IMG/VR virus record: IMGVR_UViG_3300045988_141214
Location: 1-41,533 of that record
Source of the DNA: a virus
DNA length: 41,533 nt
Direction: 5' to 3' (one strand)
A model generated the notes under the pieces. The model saw only the letters and a list, made by a program, of their open reading frames with translations, was not told the origin of the DNA and did not search any database. The translations under genes were made by a program, and so were the position numbers. Below are positions 7,048 to 14,594 of this stretch, piece by piece; the stretch's first letter is position 1, and every line of letters begins with the position of its first letter.

Positions 7048-7876
7048 CGACGACCTCGCCCGTCTCGGGGTTCACGTTATCGGGGACCTCGATGACCTCG
7101 GCATCGTCCGCCGTGTCCTCGTAGCCGAAGATGCGCTGACCGTCCTCGGTATAAACCTCGGGCGTGGTCTCGTCCTGGCTGACGGCCTTGGCCACCTCGA
7201 CCGAGCGGGGCAGCAAGCCACGGTTGAACGCACGGCGGATGACAGTCTTCTCGGCCATGGCCTCGTAGTCGGTCTTCCACGGGCCGAAGCTCTGGGCCTT
7301 CGAGCGGGCCTTGATCGCATCGACCTCGTTCTTGCTCATGGCGAGGAACACGCTTCCGCCGTCCTTCATGTGGGCGGACAGGTAGACGAGCTTCAGGTTG
7401 GCCTCTCCGTGAGGAGCCTCAAGGTTCGGGCGGTAGTGGAAGTGCAGACCGCCCTCGTCCTCGTAGTAGTCGAAGTCGTCGCCCTCGTAGACGCACTGGG
7501 TGCGGATGGTGGACACCAGGCCGCTGCGCTTGACCAGCTCCAACATGCCGTTCTTGCCGAGCTGGAACTGGGCGAGCATCTTGCCGCTCTTGTCCTTGTA
7601 CGGCAGGATGTAGGCGTTGCCGAGGCCGTCAACGGCGCTAGGCTCGAGGCCCAGGGACGCGCAGCGCAGGCAGCAGCTCAGGAAGCTGCTCATATCGCAC
7701 TCTGCGAGCTTCGGGGTCTGGTTGCGGGCGCTGATCGCCATCTGCACCAGGCGCTCCGAGGTGAAGCCCTTCGGCATGACCGACTGGAACGTCGGGGCAA
7801 GCTTCTGCATGTAGTCCTTGAACGAGTCCTTCTTGCCGTTGGCGAGTTCGCCGCTGGCCTTGGAGATTGCTCCCAT
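7040..7876 (-). CDS. recT: RecT-family single-strand annealing recombinase
   Basis: 278-aa ORF with RecT-like core motifs (...CASLGLEP...AYILPY...QFQLGKNGMLEL...). It is paired with an upstream exonuclease gene. Confidence 0.85.
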   Translation of the reverse strand: MGAISKASGELANGKKDSFKDYMQKLAPTFQSVMPKGFTSERLVQMAISARNQTPKLAECDMSSFLSCCLRCASLGLEPSAVDGLGNAYILPYKDKSGKMLAQFQLGKNGMLELVKRSGLVSTIRTQCVYEGDDFDYYEDEGGLHFHYRPNLEAPHGEANLKLVYLSAHMKDGGSVFLAMSKNEVDAIKARSKAQSFGPWKTDYEAMAEKTVIRRAFNRGLLPRSVEVAKAVSQDETTPEVYTEDGQRIFGYEDTADDAEVIEVPDNVNPETGEVVDA

Positions 7877-8848
7877 TTACTTCTTCCTTTCCTTGATTCT
7901 GATTCCTGAATTTGACGGCCTTTCGGCCATGTACTGCTCGTACAGGTCGAGGTGGTCCTCCTTGAACCGCTTGGAGTCGAACGTCTTGCTGGTCCCTCGC
8001 GGCCATGTCACAACGTAATCGGGACACATGACGCCCTTGCGGTCGCCTATGAGCTGCTTGAGGGCGTTGCCCGCCTTTTCGAGCCTTTCTTTGGCCGCGT
8101 CCGCCGTCTCCTTGTAGTAGATGTAGTCGGCGACCTCGCGCGGCATGTCGTCGCAAACCCAAACCTCGCCGTCGCTCGTCTGGTGGCGCTTGAGCAGGGC
8201 CTCGGCCTCGCCCGGAGAGCCGTCAACTGGAGGCTCCTCGCCCGTCTGCACGCGCTGCCAGAACTCGTCCACGGAGCTCTCGACGGCGCGAATGTCGTCC
8301 TCGTCGCGCATGAGGCGGTATTCGCGGTAGTCCTGCCCGCCGATGAGTACGGCCACGTCGGCGAAGGCGCGGCCCGTCACGGACAGGTAGTGGGCGACCT
8401 GCGTCTGGTAGAACAGCGGAACGCCGTCGTCCCACTTGTCCTCGCTGCGCTGGCCAGCCGTCTTGATCTCGAGGACGCCCCAGCCCAGCTCGGGGTCCTT
8501 CACCTCGTAGTCCAGCGACGCCTGAGCCCAGGGCCGCTCGATGGACTGGCACACGGCGTTGAGCCTGCGCACCTCTCGGTCCGGGTGGTTCTCGGCGTAA
8601 TGCTCGCCGACCACGGGCTCTAGGATATTGCCCCAGATAACTGCGGGTTTGTCCGATATGTCGGGGGCTTCGATGAGGCCTGACTTCTCTGCCCAGACCT
8701 CGTATGCGCCACGGTACGGAGAAAGCCCCATGATCGCCGCCACGTCAGACCCGCCGACGCCCTTCCGGCGCTGCTCAAGCCATGCCTCGCGGTCCCCATC
8801 GGGGGTCCTCACGAGCGTGAACAGCGACCCCTCTCCCTTAACTGCCAT
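7877..8848 (-). CDS. YqaJ-like (PD-(D/E)xK) recombination exonuclease
   Basis: 323-aa ORF with GVGGSDVAAIMGLSPY..., GNILEP and LEIKT motifs typical of YqaJ viral recombinase exonucleases. Confidence 0.85.
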   Translation of the reverse strand: MAVKGEGSLFTLVRTPDGDREAWLEQRRKGVGGSDVAAIMGLSPYRGAYEVWAEKSGLIEAPDISDKPAVIWGNILEPVVGEHYAENHPDREVRRLNAVCQSIERPWAQASLDYEVKDPELGWGVLEIKTAGQRSEDKWDDGVPLFYQTQVAHYLSVTGRAFADVAVLIGGQDYREYRLMRDEDDIRAVESSVDEFWQRVQTGEEPPVDGSPGEAEALLKRHQTSDGEVWVCDDMPREVADYIYYKETADAAKERLEKAGNALKQLIGDRKGVMCPDYVVTWPRGTSKTFDSKRFKEDHLDLYEQYMAERPSNSGIRIKERKK

Positions 8849-9320
8849 CTTCCACCATCCTCGTGATACGGACCTTTACGCCGGGGTTCTGCTTGTCAGG
8901 CTCTCCGCGCTTGCAATGCAGCGCGATGTGGAACGGGTCGTCGTCGAAGAACGCGCCGACGCCGTTGGAGTGGATGATTCGGCCACCGCGCGGGTGCGGG
9001 CGGCACAGCGCGTCGAGGATGTACTTGGCACCCGCGAAAACGTTGTCGTCGTCTCGACGCTTGTCGGGTTCGATGAAGGTCAGCTCGACGAAGCACAGGC
9101 GCTCGTCCGCGACCCAGCCCGCCTCCTTCATGGCCTCGAGGGCGTACTTGGCGACGTGGCGCTCGTTCTCATGCTTGCGCTTGTTCGCCAGATGGACGTT
9201 GCCGCGCGACTGGCGGACGATCTCGTTGAGGCCGTCCATCCCCTGCTTGCGCCCGTTCTTTGCGACGCGATTGGTCGGGATGAAGAACTCGAGGCGGTCG
9301 ATCAGTTCTCTGCGAGCCAT
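8838..9320 (-). CDS. rusA: RusA-family Holliday junction resolvase
   Basis: 160-aa ORF. DKRRDDDNVFAGAKYILDAL matches the RusA D-x-DN...K.ilDal catalytic motif. Confidence 0.6.
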   Translation of the reverse strand: MARRELIDRLEFFIPTNRVAKNGRKQGMDGLNEIVRQSRGNVHLANKRKHENERHVAKYALEAMKEAGWVADERLCFVELTFIEPDKRRDDDNVFAGAKYILDALCRPHPRGGRIIHSNGVGAFFDDDPFHIALHCKRGEPDKQNPGVKVRITRMVEDGS

Positions 9321-9616
9321 CGGTCCACCTCATCCACCTTTATCCGCGCGCCGCGCTCCTGACAAGCCGGGATGATGAACGCCAGGCGCCCAGCCTTGTG
9401 TTCCTCGCGCAAGGTCTTTACATCGACACCGAGGTACTTTGCCGTGTCGCTGACGTTGTAGGTCATGCGCGGCGGGAGACCCGCCTGCATTGCGAACGCC
9501 AGTGCGCGACTGCCGCAGGGCATTGGCTGCTCGGCCATGCGCTTCTTGAAGTTGGCGATAACCTCGTCGAGCTCGTCTATGAGCTGGGCGGTTGGGTCCT
9601 TAGCTGCGAGTTGCAT
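9302..9616 (-). CDS. excisionase/MerR-like HTH DNA-binding protein
   Basis: 104-aa ORF. The C-terminal YNVSDTAKYLGVDVKTLREEHKAGRL...IKVDEVDRWL fits the HTH_17/Xis pattern. Confidence 0.5.
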   Translation of the reverse strand: MQLAAKDPTAQLIDELDEVIANFKKRMAEQPMPCGSRALAFAMQAGLPPRMTYNVSDTAKYLGVDVKTLREEHKAGRLAFIIPACQERGARIKVDEVDRWLAEN

Positions 9617-9995
9617 CCCTGCGCCTCCTTTCTGCTTCTATGTGGTTGTGTACTGCTGTTGATAGCGGAATCAGATTTGCAACGTCATTTGTGCCGCCCT
9701 GCGACAGCGGAATCACGTGGTGTATGCCACCGTTTCCACGCATAACCCAACGGCCATTGACTTTGTCCGCTATTCGTACTCCGCTCACGGCGCAGCATCC
9801 GTCCATAGCCTCCAGGACGGTCTGGCGCGCCTGTTGGTATTGCCTGGAGGAGTAGCCCGTCCTCCACGGGTTGTCGGCCTTGCGACTGCGCTCCTGCTCC
9901 TTGCTGCGCCGCCAATTCGATTTGGATGGCGAGCACGGGCACCTCTGGCCCTTCTGGTGGAGCTTCCCGCAACGGGGGCACATGACCTTGACCAT
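9600..9995 (-). CDS. HNH endonuclease
   Basis: The start is trimmed to the ATG at 9995 (MVKVMCPRCGK...). The HNH core is GGIHHVIPLSQGGTNDVANLIPLSTAVHNHIE. The upstream 107 codons of the track ORF are Arg/Gly shadow. Confidence 0.8.
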   Translation of the reverse strand: MVKVMCPRCGKLHQKGQRCPCSPSKSNWRRSKEQERSRKADNPWRTGYSSRQYQQARQTVLEAMDGCCAVSGVRIADKVNGRWVMRGNGGIHHVIPLSQGGTNDVANLIPLSTAVHNHIEAERRRRDATRS

Positions 9996-10354
9996 CACGC
10001 GCCCCCGGTGTTCTTGCGATGCTTTGCGTTGTCGTAGTCCCTCTGGGCGGCTCTCTCCGCCGCCCTCTCGCGCATGGCGTCGGCCTTGCGTCTCTCCCAG
10101 CAGACCTGGCACATGCCGTAGCGGCCCGCCTTGTTGTCGCGCACGAAGTACGTCCCGCAGATCGGGCACACCTTCATGGGTTTGCGGTCGAGGGATATGT
10201 GCAGTCGAGCCGCCTTCACCCTCACGCTCAGCGGTGTGCGCTTGAGGACATGGGCGATGAGGTGCGAGCCATCGGCCCTGTGAGCCGACAGGTAGCGCAC
10301 CTCTGCGTCCGTCCACCTGCGCTTTTCATCCTGTGAAACACCGTTGAGTTTCAT
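9995..10354 (-). CDS. Myb/SANT-like plus Zn-ribbon protein (first gene after an intergenic gap)
   Basis: The start is trimmed to the ATG at 10354. An in-frame GTG at 10369 with GGAGG 4 nt upstream is an alternative start. Motifs are RRWTDAEVRYL...VRVKAARLHISL, then CPICG...CQVC. Confidence 0.55.
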   Translation of the reverse strand: MKLNGVSQDEKRRWTDAEVRYLSAHRADGSHLIAHVLKRTPLSVRVKAARLHISLDRKPMKVCPICGTYFVRDNKAGRYGMCQVCWERRKADAMRERAAERAAQRDYDNAKHRKNTGGA

Positions 10355-10463
10355 TTCAGAATCGGACACAAAACCTCCACATACGCTTGGGGTATAATGC
10401 ACCTGCCTTTCTGGTTGATTGGCTGTCCCCTTCTGCTGTTGGTCCGGCGGAGGGGACTTTTGT

Positions 10464-11432
10464 TTACTTGCCGACGATGGGTTGCGAGCCCTCGGGCACA
10501 ACGACGAGATTGCCGTTCTTGCCGATGCTCTTGAGCGCGTCGATGTAGCGCTGCTCGAGCACCTCGGGCGTGAGCGACTGGGTCATGATGGCGTTGGCGT
10601 CGGCCTCGCCCTGGGCCTCGATCTTCTTCGTCTCGGCCTCGACCTTCGCGGTCTCCTGCGCGTTCAGCGCCTTCTGCTTGGCCACCTCCGCGCTCTGGGC
10701 GTCCGCGTAGGCGCTCGTGATGGACTTCGCGTAACGGATGTCCTGCACCTGCACCTGCTCCACGATGACGCCCTTGCCCTTCCATTGCTCGGCGAGGGCG
10801 GCCTGCACCGCGTCGGTGAACTTGGCGCGGTCGGTGAGGAGGGTCAGCGTGTCGTACTTGCCAGCAACCTCGCGGGCCGTGGCTCGCAGGTCGTTGGAGA
10901 CGTAGTTGGTGACGAACGCCTCCTGGGTGCCGTACTCGGCGTAAAGGTCCTCCACCTTATCGGAGTCGAGGCTGTAGATGACCTGGATGTCGATGTTGGC
11001 CTTGGTGCCGGAGGCGTCGTTGATGGACACCTCGGCCCCCTCGTAGGAGCCTCCGTCGTAGGCGTACTCGGAGTCCTTGAAGAAGTTGATCTGGCGGTTG
11101 CGGATGTCCCAGCCAATCGCGTCCTGCCAAGGTGCCTTGAGGTGGAGTCCCGCCTCGGAGGTATGCCCGGCGATGGAGCCGCCGAAGTTACGCAGCACCA
11201 CGGCCTCGCCGATGTCCTGCGCGTAGAAGCTGCCAAGGGCGATCACGACGCCGCCGAGGACGAAGGGGATGATGGCTGCGGGAACTGGATAGCGTCGGAA
11301 GTCGATGCTGACCCGCAGCCTGTCTTCCTCGTCGGCCTTCTTGTTGGCGCGCTTCATGGCGACGGCTGCGATGCCGCCCATGAGGCCGAGGCCCGCGCCG
11401 ATGATGAGTCGAATCATGTTTCTCCTTTTCAT
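10464..11432 (-). CDS. SPFH/Band-7 (prohibitin/HflKC-like) membrane protein
   Basis: 322-aa ORF with two N-terminal hydrophobic segments, then an SPFH-like core (AVVLRNFGG...GLHLKAPWQD...) and an Ala/Gln/Glu-rich coiled coil. Confidence 0.75.
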   Translation of the reverse strand: MKRRNMIRLIIGAGLGLMGGIAAVAMKRANKKADEEDRLRVSIDFRRYPVPAAIIPFVLGGVVIALGSFYAQDIGEAVVLRNFGGSIAGHTSEAGLHLKAPWQDAIGWDIRNRQINFFKDSEYAYDGGSYEGAEVSINDASGTKANIDIQVIYSLDSDKVEDLYAEYGTQEAFVTNYVSNDLRATAREVAGKYDTLTLLTDRAKFTDAVQAALAEQWKGKGVIVEQVQVQDIRYAKSITSAYADAQSAEVAKQKALNAQETAKVEAETKKIEAQGEADANAIMTQSLTPEVLEQRYIDALKSIGKNGNLVVVPEGSQPIVGK

Positions 11433-11438
11433 AGGTAT

Positions 11439-11515
11439 TGGTGCGCGCGGGCGGGCTTGAACCGCCGACCTACGGTTTAGGAGACCGTCGCTCTATCCGA
11501 CTGAGCTACGCGCGC
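11439..11515 (-). tRNA. tRNA-Arg (anticodon CCT), CCA encoded
   Basis: The reverse complement is GCGCGCGTAGCTCAGTCGGATAGAGCGACGGTCTCCTAAACCGTAGGTCGGCGGTTCAAGCCCGCCCGCGCGCACCA. It folds into a 7-bp acceptor stem, a D-arm GCTC/GAGC, an anticodon stem ACGGT/ACCGT with loop CTCCTAA, and a T-arm GGCGG/CCGCC with loop TTCAAGC. Length is 77 nt. Confidence 0.9.
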
Positions 11516-11883
11516 ATTGCTCTTGCCGCCCATTCCGCTTCCGCTTTTCGCGTGGACGGCTGCGCTATCACGCCATTTCTCAGGGGCCGCGTGAGGCCCC
11601 ATCGATATTCGGTTCTCAAAGTTCTCGCGGTCGCCCGCATGGACGCGACTGGTTGACATGCCGACACATTGCTTTTGATGTATCTCCAGACGCGCCCATG
11701 CAAACGGCCTGCCATGCGGTGCGCTCCGTCCCGTCATCGTGAAATGGGCAGTTGGGTAAGGAGGCACTATCGGAGCGCACCGCGTAGAAGGCCGAGCCCC
11801 GCGCTCGGACGGCACCGGTGTTAGCCATACTTCTCGTGTTCAGAAGTTCGGCACCGCCCGGGCGCGGGGCTCATGGGATTGGG

Positions 11884-12195
11884 TTATTTCAGTAGGATGT
11901 CGAGGAGTTGTTCGTACAACTTATCCACGTCAACTGGACGGACGTCATCTTTGACTTCCGCAAGCGCCTTCTCGCGCTCGTCTTCATCGACGAGGCCGAC
12001 GATCGCCTCGCATACGGCAATGAGATTGAACGCACTTTTAGCGAGCTTCAAGCGGTGCTCTGGGGACTTGAGATCATCTTTGGCCTCGTGGAAAAACAGG
12101 TTTGAGGCAACGATTGAATAGGTGCGCGTGAGCACGAAGTGCAGGTCGATGAAGTCCCTGCCATCGAACTTGTTCTGCTCGAAGTACTTTTCCAT
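11884..12195 (-). CDS. hypothetical helical protein (low-GC moron-like gene)
   Basis: 103-aa ORF, visibly AT-richer than its surroundings, with no recognisable motif. Confidence 0.5.
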   Translation of the reverse strand: MEKYFEQNKFDGRDFIDLHFVLTRTYSIVASNLFFHEAKDDLKSPEHRLKLAKSAFNLIAVCEAIVGLVDEDEREKALAEVKDDVRPVDVDKLYEQLLDILLK

Positions 12196-12217
12196 TTGGT
12201 TCTCCTTTCGGTGGCCG

Positions 12218-12964
12218 CTACGCCTTGCAGTAGCGGTCGATGAAGTAGCGTTGGCCTTTACCCGTGGCCTTGGGGGTGCGGTTGACGGTCACATGGCCAT
12301 CGGAGTGGGTAACCGCCGTCTCCTTGATTCGGAACAGGCCGCGCTCCATCGCCATCTGCGTGGGGACGTTGTAGTTGGAGCCGGTCTTGCCGAGGAACCC
12401 GTCGCGGCGCAACCACTCGAACAGGCGGTTCTGGCCAACATGGACGCCGTTCTGGCGCATCATCTTGGCGAGCTCGCCGATGAGGCAGGTGCCATCGGAC
12501 GCGGCAACGGCATCGGCGAACAGCGCCTTGGGGCGGAGCTCCGCGATCTCACGCTGCTGGCGGTCCATGGTGTCCTTGGCGAGCATGAGAGCGCGGGCCA
12601 TGATCTGCTCGGGGGTCTCGTCAGCACGGGCTGTCATGTAGCCGCCCTGCTTGCGGATGGACGGGAGCACTTCGTGAGTGACCCAACGCTGGAACGCCTT
12701 CGCCTCGGGCTTGCGGGACTTCATCACGAACTTGTAGAAGCCGGGCTCAGAGACGATGAGCGGAGCCTTTCCGCCCTTCTTGGGGCCAATCTCCGTAATA
12801 GGGAGATTGCGAACTTCATCGGAATCGAGGCCGTCCTTCACGTGGTTGGTGGCAATACCGAGCGCATCGCACACGTCCTTGGCAACGAACCACGGCTCAC
12901 CGTTGTTGTCTGCAACGCGGATGGTCCCGAACTAGTCGTTGGTAAACTTCTGAATATCGTTCAT
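12218..12964 (-). pseudogene. Bro-N / KilAC-domain phage antirepressor with an in-frame TAG at codon 11
   Basis: GGAGGAAAAC precedes the ATG at 12964. Translation gives MNDIQKFTND*FGTIRVADNNGEPWFVAKDVCDALGI... and continues in frame into the track ORF 12218-12874. The TAG is at 12934-12932. Bro-N motifs (EPWFVAKDVCDALG, KPEAKAFQRWVTHEVLPSIRKQGGY) span the stop. The C-terminal half is KilAC-like. Confidence 0.75.
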
Positions 12965-12984
12965 GTTTTCCTCCTTTCGTCTAA

Positions 12985-13221
12985 CTAGTTACGTTTAATG
13001 TAATCGTCGCCGCAAATAAAAAAGACGACTGCCTGGCGAATAATATCCTTAGAGGTGTCGGACAGCGCTTCGTAAAGCGCTTTGAGCTCCGACAAGCGGA
13101 AGTTGCCAGGGTTCGTCTCTTTCTGCTGGTAGGTCACTCGTGAGACCTCACAAATCTCGCCAGCGCTCTCCAAGGTAATGTCAGAGGCGCGGCGGGCGGC
13201 TCGAAAATTGTTTTCAGCCAT
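12985..13221 (-). CDS. Cro-like XRE-family HTH regulator
   Basis: 78-aa ORF. ITLESAGEICEVSRVTYQQKE fits the HTH_3 pattern. It is divergent from the CI-like repressor gene and has GGGAGGG 4-5 nt upstream of the ATG. Confidence 0.7.
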   Translation of the reverse strand: MAENNFRAARRASDITLESAGEICEVSRVTYQQKETNPGNFRLSELKALYEALSDTSKDIIRQAVVFFICGDDYIKRN

Positions 13222-13336
13222 TAACCCTCCCTTCTGTTTTACTCCATGGTATCCCTCATTACGTTAAATGCAATAGTCAATTTGAGAAAATCTTTTTTCG
13301 TAATGTATAATTGAGTCCAACGTAAAGGAGGTCAAC
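13222..13336. promoter_or_regulatory. Divergent lysis/lysogeny switch region between the cro-like and cI-like genes
   Basis: AT-rich 115-bp intergenic region. A rightward promoter reads TTGAGA (13282-13287), an 18-nt spacer, then TATAAT (13306-13311), with AAGGAGG 6 nt before the ATG at 13337. The 12-mer TTACGTTAAATG (13259-13270) recurs with one mismatch at 12989-13000. Confidence 0.65.
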
Positions 13337-14008
13337 ATGGGAATCCCCGAGAACATCGACACTCTCCTGGTCAAGTTCGACCTAAAGCCCGAAGGCCTTG
13401 CGAAGATCGCTGGAGTTACAACAGCAACGATCTCACGTTGGAGAACAGGAAATACCGAGAACATCCGCAGGGCCAACTTGGATAAGATCTGCAAGGCTCT
13501 TGAACTCACGCCAGACGATATTCTCTCGTCCACCGCTGGACTCGCCGCACAGGAACATGGGTATGCTGGCGGCTCCATCAATACGATCCCGTTTAAGTCC
13601 TCCTCTGCCATGGTTCCCGTACGCGTCCTCGGTCGCACTCATGCAGGTGAACGTATGGACGAGGATGAATCCGATTACGAGGCAGAGTTCCCGCAGTCCG
13701 TCGTGGCCCGCCATCCAAACTGCTTCGCACTCACGGTCGAGGGCGACTGCATGAACCGCCGCTACCACAATGGCGATCACATCCTCGTTGACCCCGACAT
13801 GGAGCCGCGCAACGGGTCAGCCGTGGTCGCCGAGTTTTCCGATGGCCGCAGCGTTGTCCGCAGCTACCTGCGCGGCAGCTCCACACTTGTCCTCGCCCCG
13901 GACAGCTACCTCGAAGGATACGAGGACATAATCATCGCCATGGACGACGAGCCAGTTAAGCTGCTGGGCGTCGTGTTCTGGAACCAGGCAGGGAAAGAAA
14001 CAGAATAG
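13337..14008 (+). CDS. CI-like repressor (XRE HTH plus S24/LexA-type autopeptidase domain)
   Basis: 223-aa ORF. The N-terminal HTH is LAKIAGVTTATISRWRTG. The C-terminal S24-like region is FALTVEGDCMNRRYHNGDHILVDP...VVAEF...V. Confidence 0.85.
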   Translation: MGIPENIDTLLVKFDLKPEGLAKIAGVTTATISRWRTGNTENIRRANLDKICKALELTPDDILSSTAGLAAQEHGYAGGSINTIPFKSSSAMVPVRVLGRTHAGERMDEDESDYEAEFPQSVVARHPNCFALTVEGDCMNRRYHNGDHILVDPDMEPRNGSAVVAEFSDGRSVVRSYLRGSSTLVLAPDSYLEGYEDIIIAMDDEPVKLLGVVFWNQAGKETE

Positions 14009-14017
14009 GAGGAAGTC

Positions 14018-14497
14018 ATGTTTAAGAAAGCCACGTCTGCTGTAACAGTGTGCGCCATGGCACTCGCCTTGATTGGCTGCGGAGGTGCGCAATTGGACCG
14101 CGAGGTTGAGATTGGGAAGATGAACTTCAAAGCCCCAAGCAGCTATATCGAAGATGGTGAAGCTGACTATCTTTCGTTCACAGACAGCAAAGATGATACG
14201 CAATTCTTTTTCGTGCGGCTAAATAGCAACCCTAGCGCAACGATTGAGGATATCAAAGATTCAACAATCGAAGCCTATCAGCCGCTATATGGCTTTATCG
14301 CAAATGAAAAACAGCTGGATGTTATAGATGGACATGAGTGCATCGTTGTCGAGTGCTCTTGGCCTGACAACCACGATGGCATCAAGCCGCCTCTGACGTT
14401 TGCCTATATGTCTGGTTCAGAAGGCGTCTATTCGATTCTGTGCCAGAACGAATCCATAACGGCAGAAGATATTGTTAAGACGGCTTCGTTCGACTAA
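14018..14497 (+). CDS. lipoprotein (lipobox LIGC), lysogeny-module moron
   Basis: 159-aa ORF. The signal peptide MFKKATSAVTVCAMALALIGC|GG has a lipobox. GC content is low. It lies between the repressor and integrase genes. Confidence 0.7.
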   Translation: MFKKATSAVTVCAMALALIGCGGAQLDREVEIGKMNFKAPSSYIEDGEADYLSFTDSKDDTQFFFVRLNSNPSATIEDIKDSTIEAYQPLYGFIANEKQLDVIDGHECIVVECSWPDNHDGIKPPLTFAYMSGSEGVYSILCQNESITAEDIVKTASFD

Positions 14498-14512
14498 CCG
14501 CGCCTAAAAGCA

Positions 14513-14554
14513 AGCCCCGCTCCCCCACAGTTTGGCGACCTGGGAAGCGGGGCT
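14513..14554 (+). terminator. hairpin downstream of the lipoprotein gene (weak terminator candidate)
   Basis: AGCCCCGCT (14513-14521) pairs with AGCGGGGCT (14546-14554), a 9-bp stem. The loop is 24 nt and there is no U-tract. Confidence 0.25.
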
Positions 14555-14594
14555 AGAGGGCCAACCACACACACGGTATGGAGGCGTATATATT

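Noticed and set aside
9600-9995. The HNH endonuclease as the terminase-associated cos-cleavage HNH.
   Set aside because: That role normally goes with a position adjacent to terS or terL. Here the gene sits about 13 kb away, measured on the circle, in the early recombination module. No functional link can be inferred from the sequence alone.
9600-10501. The long N-terminal extensions of track ORFs 9600-10316 and 9995-10501. The extensions of 4853-5374, 19780-20475, 20325-20996, 31974-33269, 37043-37624, 38533-39219 and 14532-15797 were considered with them.
   Set aside because: The extensions overlap the preceding gene, are Arg/Gly/Pro-rich and lack an RBS. Internal starts coincide with stop/start overlaps (TGATG, TAATG) or good Shine-Dalgarno sequences.
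11439-11515. The tRNA as a partial tRNA copy marking attP.
   Set aside because: It is a complete cloverleaf with both acceptor strands and CCA. It lies 3 kb from int and on the other side of the immunity region. A better attP candidate sits directly after int.
6384-12934. Genome-wide TAG reassignment (amber recoding) as the explanation for the two in-frame TAGs.
   Set aside because: TAG terminates many well-defined genes exactly at their canonical ends: ssb at ...DIPF, the MazG-like gene, the ClpP protease gene, cro, the fibre genes and all five fibre tips. No suppressor tRNA is encoded; the only tRNA is Arg-CCT. Local read-through or mutation remains possible.
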